Shown here: in pieces, positions 23,976 to 36,840 of the stretch | Position numbering within the stretch: the stretch's first letter is position 1 | Layout: every line of letters starts with the position of its first letter | Source: Felis catus | Lineage: Eukaryota | NCBI RefSeq assembly: GCF_018350175.1 | Contig: NC_058368.1 | Coordinates: forward strand, 131,814,001 to 131,878,000 | DNA length: 64,000 bases | Reading direction: 5' to 3' | Made by a program: the position numbers and the translations under genes | Notes under the pieces: generated by a model | Told to the model about the DNA's origin: nothing | The model's input: only the letters and a program-made list of their open reading frames with translations | The model's database searches: none

Positions 23976-25319
23976 GTCTATTCTTCAGTTATCTTTATCT
24001 CCTACCTCCTATTCTTTAGAAGTGACCAACATAAGTATAAATTAAGAGGTTAAAAGAAATATCTTTATAAAACTAAAACATTTGTTTAAAAAAATCCTAA
24101 GAGGCCAAAATAAACAGGGCAGATAGGAAACAAAAGGAGTTATAAATAAAAAGTTATTAATGATAATGTTTATAAAATTAAACGCAAACACCAGATTCTA
24201 GAAAAATACACATAAATCACTTAAAAGTGCAAATGTAAATTTCTATATGGTACTCGGCAGAAATATAATTAGATAAAGTGTACCATGATACCCATACATT
24301 GTACAGCCAGAAATAAAAACTATAATGGCAAATACCGGAACCACAGAGGCCAAATAGGAACTTTATTTCATATTTAAGATACATGAAAATGTCTTTCTTC
24401 AATAGTGGAGAAAATTTAGGAAGATATTACCAGACATAATGAAATGAGAAAATCACTTTCTTCACAGCCCTTATGGAAATGATACATAAAAACATTTAAG
24501 AAGAAAGTCAAATAAACATTATTGCATGCCACAAAATCTATTATAGTACATAGTAAACTATAAAGACAACCATAAATGCATTGTCAGCAGTGATATGAAT
24601 AAGTTACATGGAAATAGAAATGATGGATATGGAGATTTTGTAGAATTTTGAAATTTTAGCCATGGTAGATTATAAAATTATGGTGTAGAGTAATTATAGA
24701 AAATTCCTACTCAGTATATATGGTATTATAATTTCATTCATCCAACAGGAATATAATTAGGAATATAAAAAGGAAAAGCTTAAAGTAAAAAGCCAATTAT
24801 CACTAAAAGATTTAATAGGAAAAAGGAGTAAGATGGGTTATTTTAAAATTGGAAAGCACAAATAGTAAAGATCTCTTTCATATCCCCCTTCCCTCACATC
24901 TAATAGATTTCTGAGTCTTATTCTAGAGAATTCTTAAGTATGTGCCTCTCAGTAGAAGTCACAGTCATGGTTTACTCTTGGGACAACAGTTGCTCCCTGT
25001 CCCTCCAGCCTTGTCACTTCCTTCCAGTCCATTCTCTATACTGGGAGTTTGATATTTTGAAAAAGCAGATCTGATAAAAAAAAAAAAAAAAGTTGATTGG
25101 TTGCATATTATGGACCTAAAGGATTATTATCATTTTCTGATGTAGACTGGGGCATGTTGCATATTTAAACGAAATAGAATTTAAACGAAAATATTAAAGT
25201 TTGACCTCACATTTGTGTTGAACTTGAAAGTTTATAGATTGCCTCCACATTATCTTATTTAATCTTCAGAACACAGTGGATTAATTTATAATATTAATTT
25301 TATAATGAGAAAATTATGT

Positions 25320-25570
25320 GTACAGCATGTGGGGGATAGTTAATAATGCTGTATTGCATATTTGGAAGTTGCCGAGAAAGTAGATCTTAAAAGTTCTCAT
25401 TGCAAGAAAAAGGAATTTGTTACTATGTGAGGTGATGGATGTTAACTATAAGACTTATTATGGTGATTATTTCACAATATATGCAAATAGTGAATCATTA
25501 TGTTGTCCACCTGAAACCAATGTGATGTTAAATGTCAATTGTATCCCAGTGATTTAAACAGAGGGAAAAA
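25320..25570 (+). mobile_element. L1MA-type 3' terminus
   Basis: GTAGATCTTAAAAGTTCTCA...TATGTGAGGTGATGGATGTTAAC. Confidence 0.8.
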
Positions 25571-25575
25571 AAAGA

Positions 25576-25800
25576 GGGGCATCTGTGTGGCTCTCAGTCA
25601 GTTAAGCATGCTACTGTTGGTTTTGGTTTGGGCTCAGGTTGTGATCTCACAATTCTGTGAGTTTGATCCTAGAGTTGGGCTTTGCGCTAGCTGTGCAGAG
25701 GCTCTTTGGGATTCTTTCTCTCTCCTTCTCCCTGCCCCTTCCCCACTCGCATTATTTCTGTTTCTCTCGAAATAAATATAAAAAAATAAAAAGGGGAAAA
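25576..25800 (+). mobile_element. Older CanSINE inserted at an L1 tail
   Basis: GGGGCATCTGTGTGGCT...TTTGGGCTCAGGTTGTGATCTC. Confidence 0.85.
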
Positions 25801-26749
25801 AATAAATGGAGTTTAAGCTAGCAGCTAGCAAAAGCCAAGACTCAGAACTCCTCCTGCATGCTGCATACAGGGTTAACCTGAATAAATGGTTACTTGAGGG
25901 TATAGGAGAGATACTTTTAGACCTCTTAGTTTTTAGTTTCTATTTGTAACCAAGGAGCACTTGTTTGCACTGGAGACCTCTTGTGCACACAGCCCAACAA
26001 CTTCACTGGGAGAAGGGTTTGAAAAAATCAGTTGTTTCTCCTGTCTACTTCTTCCTATCTATCCTCTATACAGGATACAGTTGTTAGATTACATATTAGA
26101 TTTTTTAAAATATGGATTTTATATCCAGTTATATCTTGCGAATGTAAATAATTATGAGGGTGCCTGCAAGCCACTATATTACAGTACTTTATGAATTATG
26201 ATAAACCACATTCTTGTTTTGACTCATGAAGTGTCACTGAGTATCTATGTAATAGGTACCTCAAGAATTCTATCAGTAATTTTTCAGTACAGTGCCTGGC
26301 CCACGGTAGGCACTTGATTTGTATTTGTCATTATATGACTTAGGCTGTGTTCAGGTGCAAGTAGGAAAAGACTCCTTTCAATGTTATTTACATAATAAAG
26401 ACATTCATAATCCTGTACGACCACACGAAAACTGATGTCAGGCAGTTCTGCAGGCTCAGCGAAGCTTTCAGGAAATTCTGCTTTTCCCATCTTTCTCTTT
26501 GCGAGCCTCAGTGTGTGACTGAGCTAGGCCTACACTCAGTAATTGACTCCACCTCAGTCTAGTCTGTTGCTAGTTGGGTTTTGTTTGTTTGATTTAACAA
26601 TAATAGAGTCTGTTTATTCAGCACTTACTTCAGGGCTACACCTATATTCTACATAAATTTTCCTCTTGTACTCACCTGATTAGTTCATATAAGTTCAAAA
26701 CCACTTTGGGTGAGATAAAAATAATTTTTTTTTCCTTTCATTCAGGGAT

Positions 26750-27530
26750 CTTTTATAAGAGGTGAAATGTACATAACATGAAAGTAATCATTTCAAAGAC
26801 AATTCAATGATATTTAGTATATTTGCTATGTTACACAACCAGCACTTCTGTCTAGTTCCAAAACAGTTTTATTATCCCAAAAGAAAACTACTCATTAAGC
26901 AATCACTTCCACTTCTCCCCTCTCTCCTCCCCTGACAACCACCAATCTGTTTTCCATTTCTATGGATTTACCTATTCTGGATGTTTCATATAAATGGAAT
27001 CATATAATACATGACTTTTTGTGTGTGGCTTCTTTCACATAGCGTAGTTTTGAGCTTCATCTATGTTGTAGTGCATGTCGGTATTTCACTCCCTTCTTTG
27101 GCTGAGTAATCTTCCACTGTATGTAAATACCTCATCTTGTTTATTCATTCACTCATTGATGGACATCTGGATTGTTTCTTCCTTTTGCAGTTGCGAACGG
27201 CACTGCTGTGAACATTCATATACAAGTATTTGTTTAGTGCCTGTTTTCAGTTTGGGGGGTGGATGTATTCATAGAAGTAAGATTGATGGATAATTCTGTG
27301 TTTAAATTTTGTAGAGCCATCAAACTTTTCCACAGTGCCTGTATCATTTTACAACCCAACACACAATGTACAAGGCTCCAGTTTCACCACCTCCTCACTA
27401 ACACTTGCTATTTTCCTTTCCTTTGGATGATAGCCATCCTAGTGGGTGTGATGTGGTATTCATTGTGGTTTTGATTAGCATTTCCCTAATGACTGATGAT
27501 ATTGAGAATCTTTTCTTATTCATATTGTCC
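26750..27530 (-). mobile_element. L1MB-type 3' fragment
   Basis: CATATAAATGGAATCATATAATA...TGTGGTATTCATTGTGGTTTTGATT. Confidence 0.85.
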
Positions 27531-28017
27531 GTTGTTGCTACTTCTTAATATAAACTCCCTGATTCAGTCAAACCCTAATTTTTGCCATTTTGCTCTCAAC
27601 AACTTCTTTGCTCATGATTTACCTCACCGAGATGCCATGCTTCTCCCACATGCAACTTCTTTTCCTTGGTGAAGTCTCCCTCGTGATTTTAGGTTCCCGA
27701 TAATAAGTACTATTAGGAGATCATATGCGATCTCTCTTGTATATTAAAAGCTTCCAAATAATATATTTATGTATAAACTGTAATGCAATTTGAGAGACTC
27801 CTGGAAATAAGTACAACACAACAACAGTCATGCTTTTTTGTAGAAATTGTGCTGTTTTGAGTAGGCATTTTATAATAAGTAGGGAAGAAAAGGTTTGGGT
27901 TTAGGAGCCTATTTAGCATTCTGGGGGGGGGGGAGATCTTGTGACTCTAATTATATTAACTCTGATAGCTATATACTTCACTTTAGACTTTGCTAAATTA
28001 TTTTAAATTTCTTTCAG

Positions 28018-28130
28018 CATATTATGACAACACCATTTTTCATAGAGTTGTACCTGGTTTCATAGTCCAAGGGGGAGATCCTACTGGCACAGGGACTGGT
28101 GGAGAATCTATCTATGGAGCCCCATTCAAG
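28018..28130 (+). CDS. CWC27: CWC27 exon 3 ([38 protein letters not shown])
   Basis: ttctttcag acceptor, 113 nt, donor gtgaga; cyclophilin signature. Confidence 0.98.
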
Positions 28131-28520
28131 GTGAGACTGAATTTTTATTGTTATTTATTTGCAAATCAATTTGGATCCCTTAATTGAAAATCACTGTGCC
28201 CCTGTGAAAAAACTACATTTCACATTACTGCACAAAATCTGGTATTTATCACATGTTTGGGATTATAAGGGATAAGAGCAGCACTTACCCTATCAAGCAT
28301 TCTTTCAGAGTTGTCTTATTGCTAATTTTTTGCTAGATTGCATTCAGGTAGAGCTAATGGTGGTAGTGAGGAAAATGTGAGTCAGAAAAAAAGACTACAT
28401 AACATAATTCTTGATAGCTGACTGTATCTGATATCTGCAACTCTGTAAATGTAAAAAGGTTTTAGAACATTTCATATGCCATTTTATTTTAAAATATTTT
28501 TTTTAATACTGTATGGAATT

Positions 28521-28892
28521 TATATTAATCTGCTTGGACTGTTACAACAAAATACCACTGACAGGGTGACTTAAACAACAGGAATTTGTTTGTCACAGTT
28601 CTGGAGGCTAGGAAGTACGGATCAGCTTCCTGGCATTCAATTTCTGGGGAAGGTTCTCTTCCTGGCTTGTCAACGGCCGCCTGCTCGCTGTGTCTTTACA
28701 TGGTAGAGAGAGTGAGCTCTGGTGTCTCTTCCTCTTTTTATAAGGACATCACCGCTATTGGATTAGGGCTTCACACTTATCACATCATTTATCCTTTATT
28801 ATCCCTTCATAGGCCCTGTCTCTAATACAGTCACACTGGGGGTTACAGCTTCAACCGATGAATTCTGGGGAGACACAATTTGGTCCAATGCA
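28521..28892 (-). mobile_element. MLT1-type (ERVL-MaLR) solo LTR
   Basis: ACAAAATACCAC...GACTTAAACAACAGGAATTTGTTTGTCACAGTTCTGGAGGCTAGGAAGT...GAATTCTGGGGAGACACAATT. Confidence 0.85.
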
Positions 28893-29031
28893 GAATTCAT
28901 TCTTAATTGTGCACAGTAGACCCCTGTAGTGGAAAATGCATTACACAACAGGAAATCACAAAGGGACAGAAGAAAGAATTAACATAAAAAGTGTTAGAAA
29001 AAAGTATATTAATCAAAAATAGGTCAGTGAT

Positions 29032-29286
29032 GGGGCACTTGGGTGGCTCAGTCTGTTAAGCATGTAACTTTGGCTCAGGTCATGATCTTACGGCTCAGCT
29101 TGTGAGTTCTGAGCCCCGCAGCAGGCAGGCTCTGTGCTGACAGCTCAGACCCTGGAGCCTGCTTCAGATTCCGTGTCTCCATCTCTCTCTCTGTGCCCCT
29201 CCCCTGCTTGTGCATGTGCGTGCGCGCTCTCTCTCTCTCTCTCTCTCTCTCAGAAATGAATAAACATTTAAAAAAATTAAAAAAAA
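29032..29286 (+). mobile_element. CanSINE
   Basis: TSD AATAGGT(C/G)AGTGAT. Confidence 0.9.
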
Positions 29287-30622
29287 GAATAGGTGAGTGA
29301 TTTGTTAACTGCCAACACAGAACTAAAAAGAAAAAAAGAGTTAATGTCCTAGTTAAGGTATTAAAATCACAGAGGGTTCAAGTAAACACTAAATGTTTTT
29401 TTATCTGATGGTGCTAATATCATGTTCTTTGAATGAGTAAACATCATTAGTTCTTAAAGTGAGAGAATTTTTGAAGACATCATGTTTTTACTAATGAGAT
29501 AGAGAGGGTCTGGAGTTTCTTTTAATTTTTTACTGGGTCACTGTGTGATTTTTGAGAACAACACTTGACCTGTTTGCTTTAATTTCCAGATGATAATGGC
29601 CTTAGAAAATGAGGAATGGGTATAATAAAAAAGTCTCAAATGTCACTATAAAACTATTTTGTATTTTACCAAATTGAGATGTCTCCGGATTTTGGAGCTT
29701 CCATCTAGTAGGAAGCATTCCTTTATTCTGTTATTCAGTGTAACAGAATAGCTCTTTTTGACAATTTCCTTCTAAATTGAGATTTTTGCCTATTATGTCC
29801 AGGTAATATGGTTACCTTGTTAAGTTTTTCAGTTAGGTCATTTTTCACGGGGTATACAGAGTTAGGACTCTTTGAGTTCAAATCTTTGACAATTATTTAT
29901 TAAGGAAAAATAACTTTCTTTCTGAAAAGCATTGATTACATAACATGGCTATATTATAAATGAGTCTAGCATCAGGCCTGGAATGAAATTCTGTTAATGG
30001 AGAGACTAATGTAGGTTATGGAGCCCTCCCATAGCAAGAAATTCACCTTAGAAAGGCTTGCTCTCGCTCTTTGGAAAACTGGCAAATGGGACCAGTGCTT
30101 GTTCAGAAAAGATTTAACAAAGACCTGTAAAAAACAGAGTAAAACAATTTATAGTAGTTTCCGTGAATTAAAAACCAAGAAGAAAACAATTTTTTCATGA
30201 CCTTTAGAACAGAGTGGGGAAGGGCAGTAGTTGAAGACTCTGCCGTGATTCAAAGATAGGTTTTTTTGGAGAAAAAAATAGAAGGTTCTAAAAAGTTAGA
30301 TTACTTTGAGGGATGTGAAGAATAGGGGAATGAGTTTGAAATCACTTACCCTTTGAGTGTCTTCTTCTGTGTAAATATGGGCAGCTTTCCCATAAAATAG
30401 GCTAAATTTGTGGTTGTGTATATTTAGAAGATACTTCCAGGCTAGTGAAGTCAAGTTTAATAGCATCGAGGGAATAAACACTGGATTTGCTTATACTTGA
30501 AAATCAGTTAAATAAAACTTTAGCATTTTTGATTAGAAGTTGTATAGACCTTGTTTACTGACTATGAAGGTCCTTATAACTGAGATCATTCACTAAACTT
30601 TTTTTTTTTTTTAATGCTTCAG

Positions 30623-30766
30623 GATGAATTCCACTCACGGTTACGTTTTAATCGGAGAGGGCTGGTTGCCATGGCAAATGCTGGTCCTCATGATAATGGC
30701 AGCCAATTCTTCTTTACACTGGGTCGAGCAGATGAACTTAACAATAAGCACACCATTTTTGGAAAG
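30623..30766 (+). CDS. CWC27: CWC27 exon 4 ([48 protein letters not shown])
   Basis: poly-T...cttcag acceptor, 144 nt, donor gtttgt. Confidence 0.98.
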
Positions 30767-32176
30767 GTTTGTGTCCAGTTATCTTCAGCTTCTATGATAC
30801 ATATGGACAACTTATCTAGGAGTTGCCCTCATAAAAATATTCCCTGGGTTATTTTTTTATTATTTCTAAAAATGGTGGAATATATCCCTTTTATAGTGAA
30901 CTATGAAGGACCATCTGAACTTTATGTGTGTATGTTTCAAATAAGTCATTGATTATAACTTTAAAATTTTCCTTTTTCTAAAACATACTGATGGTATTAG
31001 CTACTGCATCACTCAGCTAATATTATTTCTACATTCTTAGAAACCTAGGCATTATCTAGGTAACAAGATTTAGTAGTTTTAAGTTTTCCTTAAAGTTTAA
31101 AGTGGAAATTATGTTAACATTAAAACTTTTTACCTGAAATACTACTTTGAATAGGAGCTATTTAATCCTGCTCACGTTTAGCATCATATGAGGGAATATC
31201 ATTTCCGTAGAATTTTGAACCATTTTGTTTAAAGGAGGATTCTGACCGTTTTGTTTTCTCACTTTCTCTTCTAATTCCCACATTCCCACATGTGTTAAGT
31301 CTTAGGCATGTTACACATCCCTAGTGTATCAGCTCCCTCTGCTGGTTCAGTAGGAATGGTTTCCCCAAGCCTAGATGAAACTGGATTTTCTGATGATGAA
31401 GAGGAACAAACAAACTGAGCACAACTGGAAAACTGGTATTGCTTTAAAACTCCTGAGAAATGTTGAATCTAAGGACTCATGCTGAAAACATGTAGTACAA
31501 TATTGTTGCTTAAAACTTAACAACGTAGGTTAAGAAATAAGCATTGGCACATTTGAACCACTCCAGCACAGGTTATCTGATGTTCAACGATTTCCCTTCC
31601 TGTTATTGAAAAAAAAAAAAGTAACAGCATATAATAAAATGAGATTTAGGTTGTCATTGTGAACCACTTTTTACAATTGCTATTATATACCTTTCGCACT
31701 GGAGACAAAGTATAGCTTAGTGATGAGAATTCAGAAAGGCCAACACTGTCGCTGTGTAATTCTTTGAATCTCAATGTTCTTCTCTAGATAAGGAGTATAA
31801 GGACCTGTATTTAGGATGTTTATGAGGATTAAACAAGATAATATCTGTAAAGCACTTCCACGTGTTCTTATTTGCTTGTTCTGCCCAATTCTAAAATCTA
31901 AATTTATTATTTTTTTTAATGAAAAGTTGTCATTCAGTAGGAGGTTACCTGGCATTATATTTTTATTTTTAATGAAAACTGATATTATATATATATTGGA
32001 AATTTCATAAAAATGTTATCAAGGGATTGAACTCCATTTCTCCTTTTCCCCCTTAAGATGAAATTGCTTTATTTGCATTATTACTATATATGCTTCTATA
32101 TAAAAATATGAAATTTCCTTTTAGTTATTGAAAAAAGTATTTTCAGAAGTCTTCCTTTATTTCAAAGATGAATATA

Positions 32177-32385
32177 GGGGCGCCTGGGTGGCTCAGTTGG
32201 TTAAGGTCCAACTTTGGCTCAGGTCATGATCTCGCGGTACGTGGGTTCGAGCCCCACGTTGGGGTCTGCGCTGACAGCTCAAAGCCTGGAGCTTGCTTCA
32301 GGTTCTGTGTCTCCCTTTCTCTCTGCCCCTCCCCCACTCACGCTCTGTCCTCTCTGTCTCTCAAAAATAAATAAACATTAAGAAA
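32177..32385 (+). mobile_element. CanSINE just upstream of CWC27 exon 5
   Basis: Full head GGGGCGCCTGGGTGGCTCAG to AATAAATAAAC tail. Confidence 0.92.
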
Positions 32386-32431
32386 AATTCAAAGAATAAT
32401 TATAATAGTTTGCAGTTTTCTTATCTGATAG

Positions 32432-32530
32432 GTTACAGGGGATACAGTATATAACATGCTACGGCTAACAGAAGTAGACGTTGATGAGGAAGAAAGACCA
32501 CGCAATCCACATAAAATAAGAAGTTGTGAG
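32432..32530 (+). CDS. CWC27: CWC27 exon 5 (VTGDTVYNMLRLTEVDVDEEERPRNPHKIRSCE)
   Basis: ctgatag acceptor, 99 nt, donor gtagga. Confidence 0.96.
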
Positions 32531-33167
32531 GTAGGAGCATGATTTCTAAGATACAGTGCTTAATTGATCATTTAAAAGAAACTGATTATTAGTATTTTAA
32601 ACTAATGGATGGAGGCTTTATACTAAATCAATAGTACAACTCAGATTTTGTCTGTGTAATTTAGGTGCAATTTCTGGTTAAGAATTTTTTTTTTTTTTTA
32701 ATTGAAGGTTTGACTTCAAGGAAGAGACTTTAGCTGATAATCCAATGCATGAAAAGCTTGATTTACAGTGGAAAGTTAGAGGAATTAGACTTGTTTAGCT
32801 GAATGAAGTAACTTCCTAAGTAATTTAAGAGTGATCCTTCATTGAGGAAGCAAGGTCCTTAAGAGCATTTGCTTTGGGGTCAAAACCCTTGAGTTTGTCT
32901 TCCTTACTAGATATTAAGGTTTCTTGAATATTTTTCCTCTTTATAAAATAAGGATAAAATACACTCTACTTAATTGCACATAAGATTATTGAGAGAATAC
33001 AATGAGACCATGTAAGTGGAAGCACTTTATGTAGTATATATATTAGACTTATAATAGTTATGTGAGCAAAAAATATAAATGCTAATGTCAACATAATTAA
33101 ATATTGGTCTTAATTTTTTGTGAAGTTTTAAAAAATGGAATAATGTTTTCAAAATATTTTTTCATAG

Positions 33168-33271
33168 GTTTTGTTTAATCCTTTTGATGACATCATTCCC
33201 AGAGAAATAAAAAAGCCAAAAAAAGAGAAACCAGAGGAGGAAGTAAAGAAATTGAAGCCCAAAGGCACAAA
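33168..33271 (+). CDS. CWC27: CWC27 exon 6 (VLFNPFDDIIPREIKKPKKEKPEEEVKKLKPKGTK)
   Basis: ttttcatag acceptor, 104 nt, donor gtaatc. Confidence 0.96.
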
Positions 33272-33859
33272 GTAATCATAATAGAAACATTTTTCTTCAG
33301 ATTGAAAAGCTGAAGAATTCATTTAATTCATTTTATTTCCTTTTGTAACAACTGTCTACAGTGAAGGGGGAGGCCAGTGTGGGCCAGGAAGATATCTGAA
33401 TTATGCGGTTTTTCCTAAAAATTCATTTCTTATACTTAAAAACTGTATATAACTTGAACTTAATCTGAAGAAGTATTGTGTCAGCTGTCTATATGAAATC
33501 TGTATTAATAAACATAAATATTTATGATCACTATAGCAATTATTTATATAAATGAGTTGAGAATTTTTGTTTTTTTTACTAATTTTTCAATTAATATATG
33601 CTCAGTATAAACAACTTGGAAAGTAAAGGATGAATGATATAATGACTGCATGGTTACATAATTGTTCGCTCCTGTGTTGGAGTAAATAAGTTTCAGTATT
33701 TTGTGAACAGTATTTTTCACATTATTAGTTTTGTCTATTTTATAAAAATAGATATCAGAGAGTCAGATCTCAGCTTGATCTTTTAGTGATTTCCAGCGTC
33801 CATATTAGTTATTTTATTTTATTCCTAAGTGATAGATTCAGACAGTTCTAAGTATAATC

Positions 33860-33965
33860 CTGCCTCAGTTTATAAGAAGCAAAGTGTGTTAATATTTCTG
33901 ATCCCCAGTTTCCCCATCTTGTAAAATGGAGATTATAATTACAACGTCTGGTTGTTATGAAGATA
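33860..33965 (+). mobile_element. MIR core
   Basis: CAGTTTCCCCATCTTGTAAAATGGAGAT. Confidence 0.6.
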
Positions 33966-34986
33966 AAACAAAAAGAGGAATTTGAAAACACCCAGTGGTA
34001 TGGGTATTCAATACATATTTGTTTCTTTTTGTGACATCCTACAATATAAGTTAAGTCACTTTTATAAACTGTCAAATATGAGCCACTTTAATAAGCAGTT
34101 GATGTCTTGTGGCAAAATAAATTCTTATATAGCTATATATTTGCTCTCCTATTTTTTGATTCATTTATTTTGACTAGTTTATCTCTGAGTGAAAGGTCAC
34201 TGTCACCATATTCAGATACAGTATTTCATCACTATTATTTATCTTGGCAACAAGCCTGAAAGCTATGTGTTTTTGTTTTTTGTTTGTTTTTAATTCATAG
34301 CAAATATCTTAGGGATGATTTGGTAGTCATTGATTCCATCTAGGTTTTGAAAGAAAATTCCTCTTTGTTGCCAAATCTTTTATTTTTCCAATACTTGAGA
34401 GAGAGTTTTAATAACTTATTATTTATCTTCCTTGAGATGTCTTTAATTTGAAGCCTCAGAGAAGACAGTTTCTTCTTCCCCATGGGCTCTTTTTTTGTTA
34501 AGATTATTGCTTATATTTTTTTTATTTGACAATTTTGCATAACTTTTATCAGTTTTTAAATTTTGAGACCTGTTTTGGAAGATGCTAGATTAATTGCTTC
34601 CCATTTGTAGTGCTCTTGGGGCTATATATTTATTAGTTTTTCAGAAATCTCCATTTTGTTAACCAATATTTATATATATAAAAAAGCATAATTATTTCTG
34701 TCATGCTTGACTTAGTATACTTAATGGTCGTGCTCAGGATGGATTTTAGTCATTAGTTTCATCTAATATGTGAAGTATCTATGGTCTGAAGCCAATGCCG
34801 TAACATTATGCTGAAAATACAGATCCTTAGTAGATTTCTGCTGAATCCTAAGTCATATTAGATACTGCTGAATGGTCAAAATGTGTTTCTTCTTGTATAT
34901 TCTATTCTATTACTTTGAAAATGCAATAAGTTTTGTTTAATTTTTTCTTAATTTTCTTTTTTCCTTTCTTTTTTTTTTTTGATAAG

Positions 34987-35056
34987 AAATTTTAGTTTAC
35001 TTTCATTTGGAGAGGAAGCTGAAGAAGAAGAGGAGGAAGTAAATCGAGTTAGTCAG
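34987..35056 (+). CDS. CWC27: CWC27 exon 7 (NFSLLSFGEEAEEEEEEVNRVSQ)
   Basis: Long T tract then gataag acceptor, 70 nt, donor gtacaa; conserved LLSFGEE motif. Confidence 0.95.
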
Positions 35057-35439
35057 GTACAACGCTAAGTTGCCCTTTGTTCTGAATTATAAAAGGTATT
35101 TTTGTATCTCCTGCTACATGTGGCACAGCATGTTTTTCATAGTACACAGTCAGGAAGCGTTTGTCGAACTGATTTGTAAAATGACCTGTTGTTAGTAATA
35201 TTTACAATTCCTGAGATGATATATCCTCTTAAAATTGTAATTTCGTGGGGTTTTTTAACTTGGCTTTTTTTTTTTTTTTTAATCAGTCAGAACTAGAGTT
35301 AAAGAATGACTCAACTTTGTGATTCAGATTTTAATTGCTATTTAAATGATTTGCTAGATGATAATGATTATGATCATTATTATAATAAATAGTGACAGAC
35401 CAAGGTCTTACATTCATTTTAATATTATCTATCTATATA

Positions 35440-35600
35440 TTATTAATGTCATTAATTCTCATCACAGCCCTTTAAGATACATATTATCATTATCCCCATT
35501 TCACCCATAAATAAATTAAGGTATAGATAGATTATAATTTGCTCAGTCACACAACTAGTAAGTAGCTAGAGCTGGGATTTGAACCTATGTCTGCCTCAGT
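35440..35600 (-). mobile_element. MIR
   Basis: TTATCCCCATTT...TCACACAACTAGTAAGTAGCTAGAGCTGGGATTTGAACC. Confidence 0.7.
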
Positions 35601-36177
35601 ATAAGATACATGTATTTGGATTATATATTGCCTCCTGGCCTTTGACCCTACCAGTGCTTCCATTAGGCCTGTAAGTATCATTTTCCTGAATATCACTTTT
35701 ATCATAGTATACATTGTGAACACCTATGGTGCCTTGCCATTATTTAGAGCAGTGAATCTGTTAAATATACTCCAAGAAAATCATCCTCAAGGGTTTGTAC
35801 TCCCAAAGATTCTGGTATGTCTTCCCACGGATGATGAAGAAATTATGGAAATTTATTTAGAGAATCAAATTGGGGAGGGATGGGAAGGATGGAAGGAAGG
35901 GGAGGGAGGACTGCCTTTGATACAGCAGTTTGGCACATTATAATAATAGTGGAGGGTTGAAATGCAGAGTTTTTAAAAAGTGGACAATTCCTGTTCTTAC
36001 ATCTGTTTGTAAAGAAAGCCATAATGCCTTTAAACCACTCTTCTGTAAATAGATTACCTTTTTGCAGTGTTTAAAAAGAAAGAAAGAAGATTAGTGAACA
36101 TGGAGACCTAAAGGATTAGGTTCAAAGTTTTATCATAGTAATTAAAATTCCATAACTTAGCACTGCCTTTTTACTTT

Positions 36178-36634
36178 AAAAAGAGTCTTTTTATAACTTG
36201 GGATTTGAGGTAAAAATGTTAGCATATCTTGCAGTGAGAGAAATGCTATGTGTATCACTGTGAATGTGGCACAGTTTACTATTTTTTAAATCTAGCTATT
36301 GAGATACCTTTATAATGAAACTACCACTTAACTTGCCTCATTGAAAACTGCTTGTTTGATTGTAGACTTTCACATGAAAAATATTTTCTGACATCTGTTT
36401 TTATTTTTTTTTTAATTGTTTTTTTTTTCAACGTTTTTATTTATTTTTGGGACAGAGAGAGACAGAGCATGAACGGGGGAGGGACAGAGAGAGAGGGAGA
36501 CACAGAATCGGAAACAGGCTCCAGGCTCTGAGCCATCAGCCCAGAGCCTGACGCGGGGCTCGAACTCACGGACCGCGAGATCGTGACCTGGCTGAAGTCG
36601 GACGCTTAACTGACTGCGCCACCCAGGCGCCCCA
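36178..36634 (-). repeat. Inverted duplicate, left arm (pairs with 41690-42147)
   Basis: Reverse complement matches 41690-42147 with only a few differences. Confidence 0.95.
36404..36633 (-). mobile_element. Young felid CanSINE, part of an inverted duplication
   Basis: Full length; no TSD pair of its own; shares diagnostic variants and 3' flank with the 41691 copy. Confidence 0.95.
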
Positions 36635-36744
36635 ATAGTTACCTATTTCTAACCAACAGTAATGACAGCATTGATTTAAAAAGCACATTATTTTTACCCT
36701 TGTTTTTAATTCTTTATCCATATACTTCCCTCATCACTTTAGAT

Positions 36745-36840
36745 CCTCTCCCCTTTCTCTCTGCCCCTCCACTGCTCATGCTCACACACACCTCTCTCTC
36801 TCTCAAAGATAAATAAACATCAAAAAAAAATTTTAAAAAG
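36745..36840 (+). mobile_element. CanSINE 3' fragment
   Basis: CTCTCTGCCCCTCC...CT repeat...AAATAAAC A tail, no head. Confidence 0.75.

Noticed and set aside
22000..24870. Purine-rich stretches resembling very old L1 sequence
   Set aside because: Too diverged to assign family or boundaries by eye
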